Shown here piece after piece: positions 62,800 through 64,000 of a stretch of DNA of 64,000 nucleotides. Within the stretch, counting starts at the first letter, position 1. Every line of letters starts with the position of its first letter. The translations under genes and the position numbers were made by a program. A model generated the notes under the pieces. That model was not told the DNA's origin and ran no database searches. It saw only the letters and a program-made list of their open reading frames with translations. Source of the DNA: an uncultured Actinomycetota bacterium (lineage in GTDB: Bacteria > Actinomycetota > Actinomycetes > Actinomycetales > Microbacteriaceae); contig CAWBNZ010000018.1 in the NCBI GenBank assembly GCA_963790235.1, positions 47,060 to 111,059 on the forward strand, given 5' to 3'.

Positions 62800-64000
62800 C
62801 TAGTCGAGCCAGTCGACGTCGGGCGTTCGCGTGAAGGCGATGCCCGCGTCATCCATGCGTCGACCGAATCCGGCGAGGCGGGTGCGGAAGTGCTCCCAGT
62901 CGCCCACGCCCTTCGGCGACCAGGCGAGCTCGGCGATGGACGCGATGCGCGGGAACGCCATCGACTCGAGGTCGGCGCTCGTGGTGTTGGTCTCGGTCCA
63001 GAGCGGGGCTTCGAGCCCGAGGATGTCGTGCTCCGCCAGCCCGGGAATCACGTCCGCCGGCTCCCACTCGAACGACTGCCGCACCGTGGTCGGCCCGTTC
63101 GCCCAGACGAGGCCGAGCGGCGAGTCATCGTCGTACTTCATGTCGAGGTACGCGACGTCGGCAGGCGACAGGATGACGCGTCCCCCCTGCTCCACGAACG
63201 ACCGGGTGTGGGCGCCAGCGTCACCCCGCGGCTCAACGTAATCCCAGTACTGGCCGACCGTGCCGACGGGCAGCTCGCGGCTGCGACCCATCTCGTGCCA
63301 GCCGATGATCGTCTTGCCGGAGGCCGCGCCGATCGCCGTGGCCCGTGCGATGAAGGCGAGGAAGTCCTCGTCGGTCGTCGAGAGCGACTCGTCACCGCCG
63401 AGGTGCAGGTAGGGCCCGGGCGTCATCGCCGCGAGCTCGGCGACGACGTCGCGCACGAACTCGTAGGTGCGCGGGTTGCCGATCGCGAGCGTCGAGAAGC
63501 CGACCTCGATGCCCTCGTAGGGCGCGACGGCAGCGTCGCCGCCGTTGAGTTCTGGGTATGCGACGATCGCGGCGTTGGTGTGCCCGGGCAGGTCGATCTC
63601 GGGCACGATCGTGATGAAGCGGTCGGCGGCGTACTCGACGATGCGGCGGTAGTCGTCCTGGGTGTAGTACCCACCGGAGCCACCGCCGACCTGCGTGGCC
63701 GCGCCCGCACGGGTGAGCTCGGGCCAGCTCGTGATCTCGATGCGCCAGCCCTGGTCGTCGGTGAGGTGCAGGTGCAGGTGGTTGATCTTGAGCAGCGCGA
63801 GTTGGTCGAGGTAGCGCTGCACCTGCTCGACGGTGAAGAAGTGGCGGGCGACATCCAGCATGGCTCCGCGGTATGCGAAGCGTGGATGGTCGTCGATCGT
63901 GACGAACGGGAATCCGTCGTCGGTGCGCAGCTGGTTGAGCGTGACTCCCGCGTAGAACGCCCCGGCGGCGTCGGCTGCGGTGATGCGGATGCCGGTGGCA
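62800..64000 (-). CDS. Beta-N-acetylhexosaminidase (GH20), 5' end beyond window
   Basis: D.PRFAYRG.MLDVARHF, HLHLTDDQGWR, PEIDLPGH, HLGGDE, LGLEAPLWTE, FPR. Confidence 0.93.
   Translation of the reverse strand, partial: ATGIRITAADAAGAFYAGVTLNQLRTDDGFPFVTIDDHPRFAYRGAMLDVARHFFTVEQVQRYLDQLALLKINHLHLHLTDDQGWRIEITSWPELTRAGAATQVGGGSGGYYTQDDYRRIVEYAADRFITIVPEIDLPGHTNAAIVAYPELNGGDAAVAPYEGIEVGFSTLAIGNPRTYEFVRDVVAELAAMTPGPYLHLGGDESLSTTDEDFLAFIARATAIGAASGKTIIGWHEMGRSRELPVGTVGQYWDYVEPRGDAGAHTRSFVEQGGRVILSPADVAYLDMKYDDDSPLGLVWANGPTTVRQSFEWEPADVIPGLAEHDILGLEAPLWTETNTTSADLESMAFPRIASIAELAWSPKGVGDWEHFRTRLAGFGRRMDDAGIAFTRTPDVDWLD

Overview
High-GC (roughly 70%) actinobacterial chromosome segment; gene content and order (khtT/CPA2-SURF1-DUF3817-guaA ... 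pcrA ... sucCD ... perM-purN-purH ... icd ... purU) fit a Microbacteriaceae-like organism. Housekeeping genes alternate with accessory modules: an IclR/GlpF/DhaKLM dihydroxyacetone operon, a LacI-controlled GH5/ABC/GH31 (xyloglucan-type) locus, an ApbE/FMN-binding/RnfD-like-FNR flavinylation module, a large S8 protease and a ROK-controlled GlcNAc/chitooligosaccharide cluster. About 25 genes, including pcrA, sucC and icd, carry small indels, most likely long-read sequencing errors, so many CDS calls join ORF fragments. I saw no rRNA, tRNA, CRISPR array or transposase. The least explained signal is a ~150-200 bp non-coding element present twice (12490 and 45575): an identical 30-nt head, a 24-bp hairpin, then GGCCCGGA motifs at identical 42/41-nt spacing with divergent spacers; both copies lie beside gene debris. 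Other notable items are a shared TamR-like palindrome upstream of sucC and icd, several other operators and REP-like hairpins, and the flavinylation module. All calls were made by eye with no database searches.
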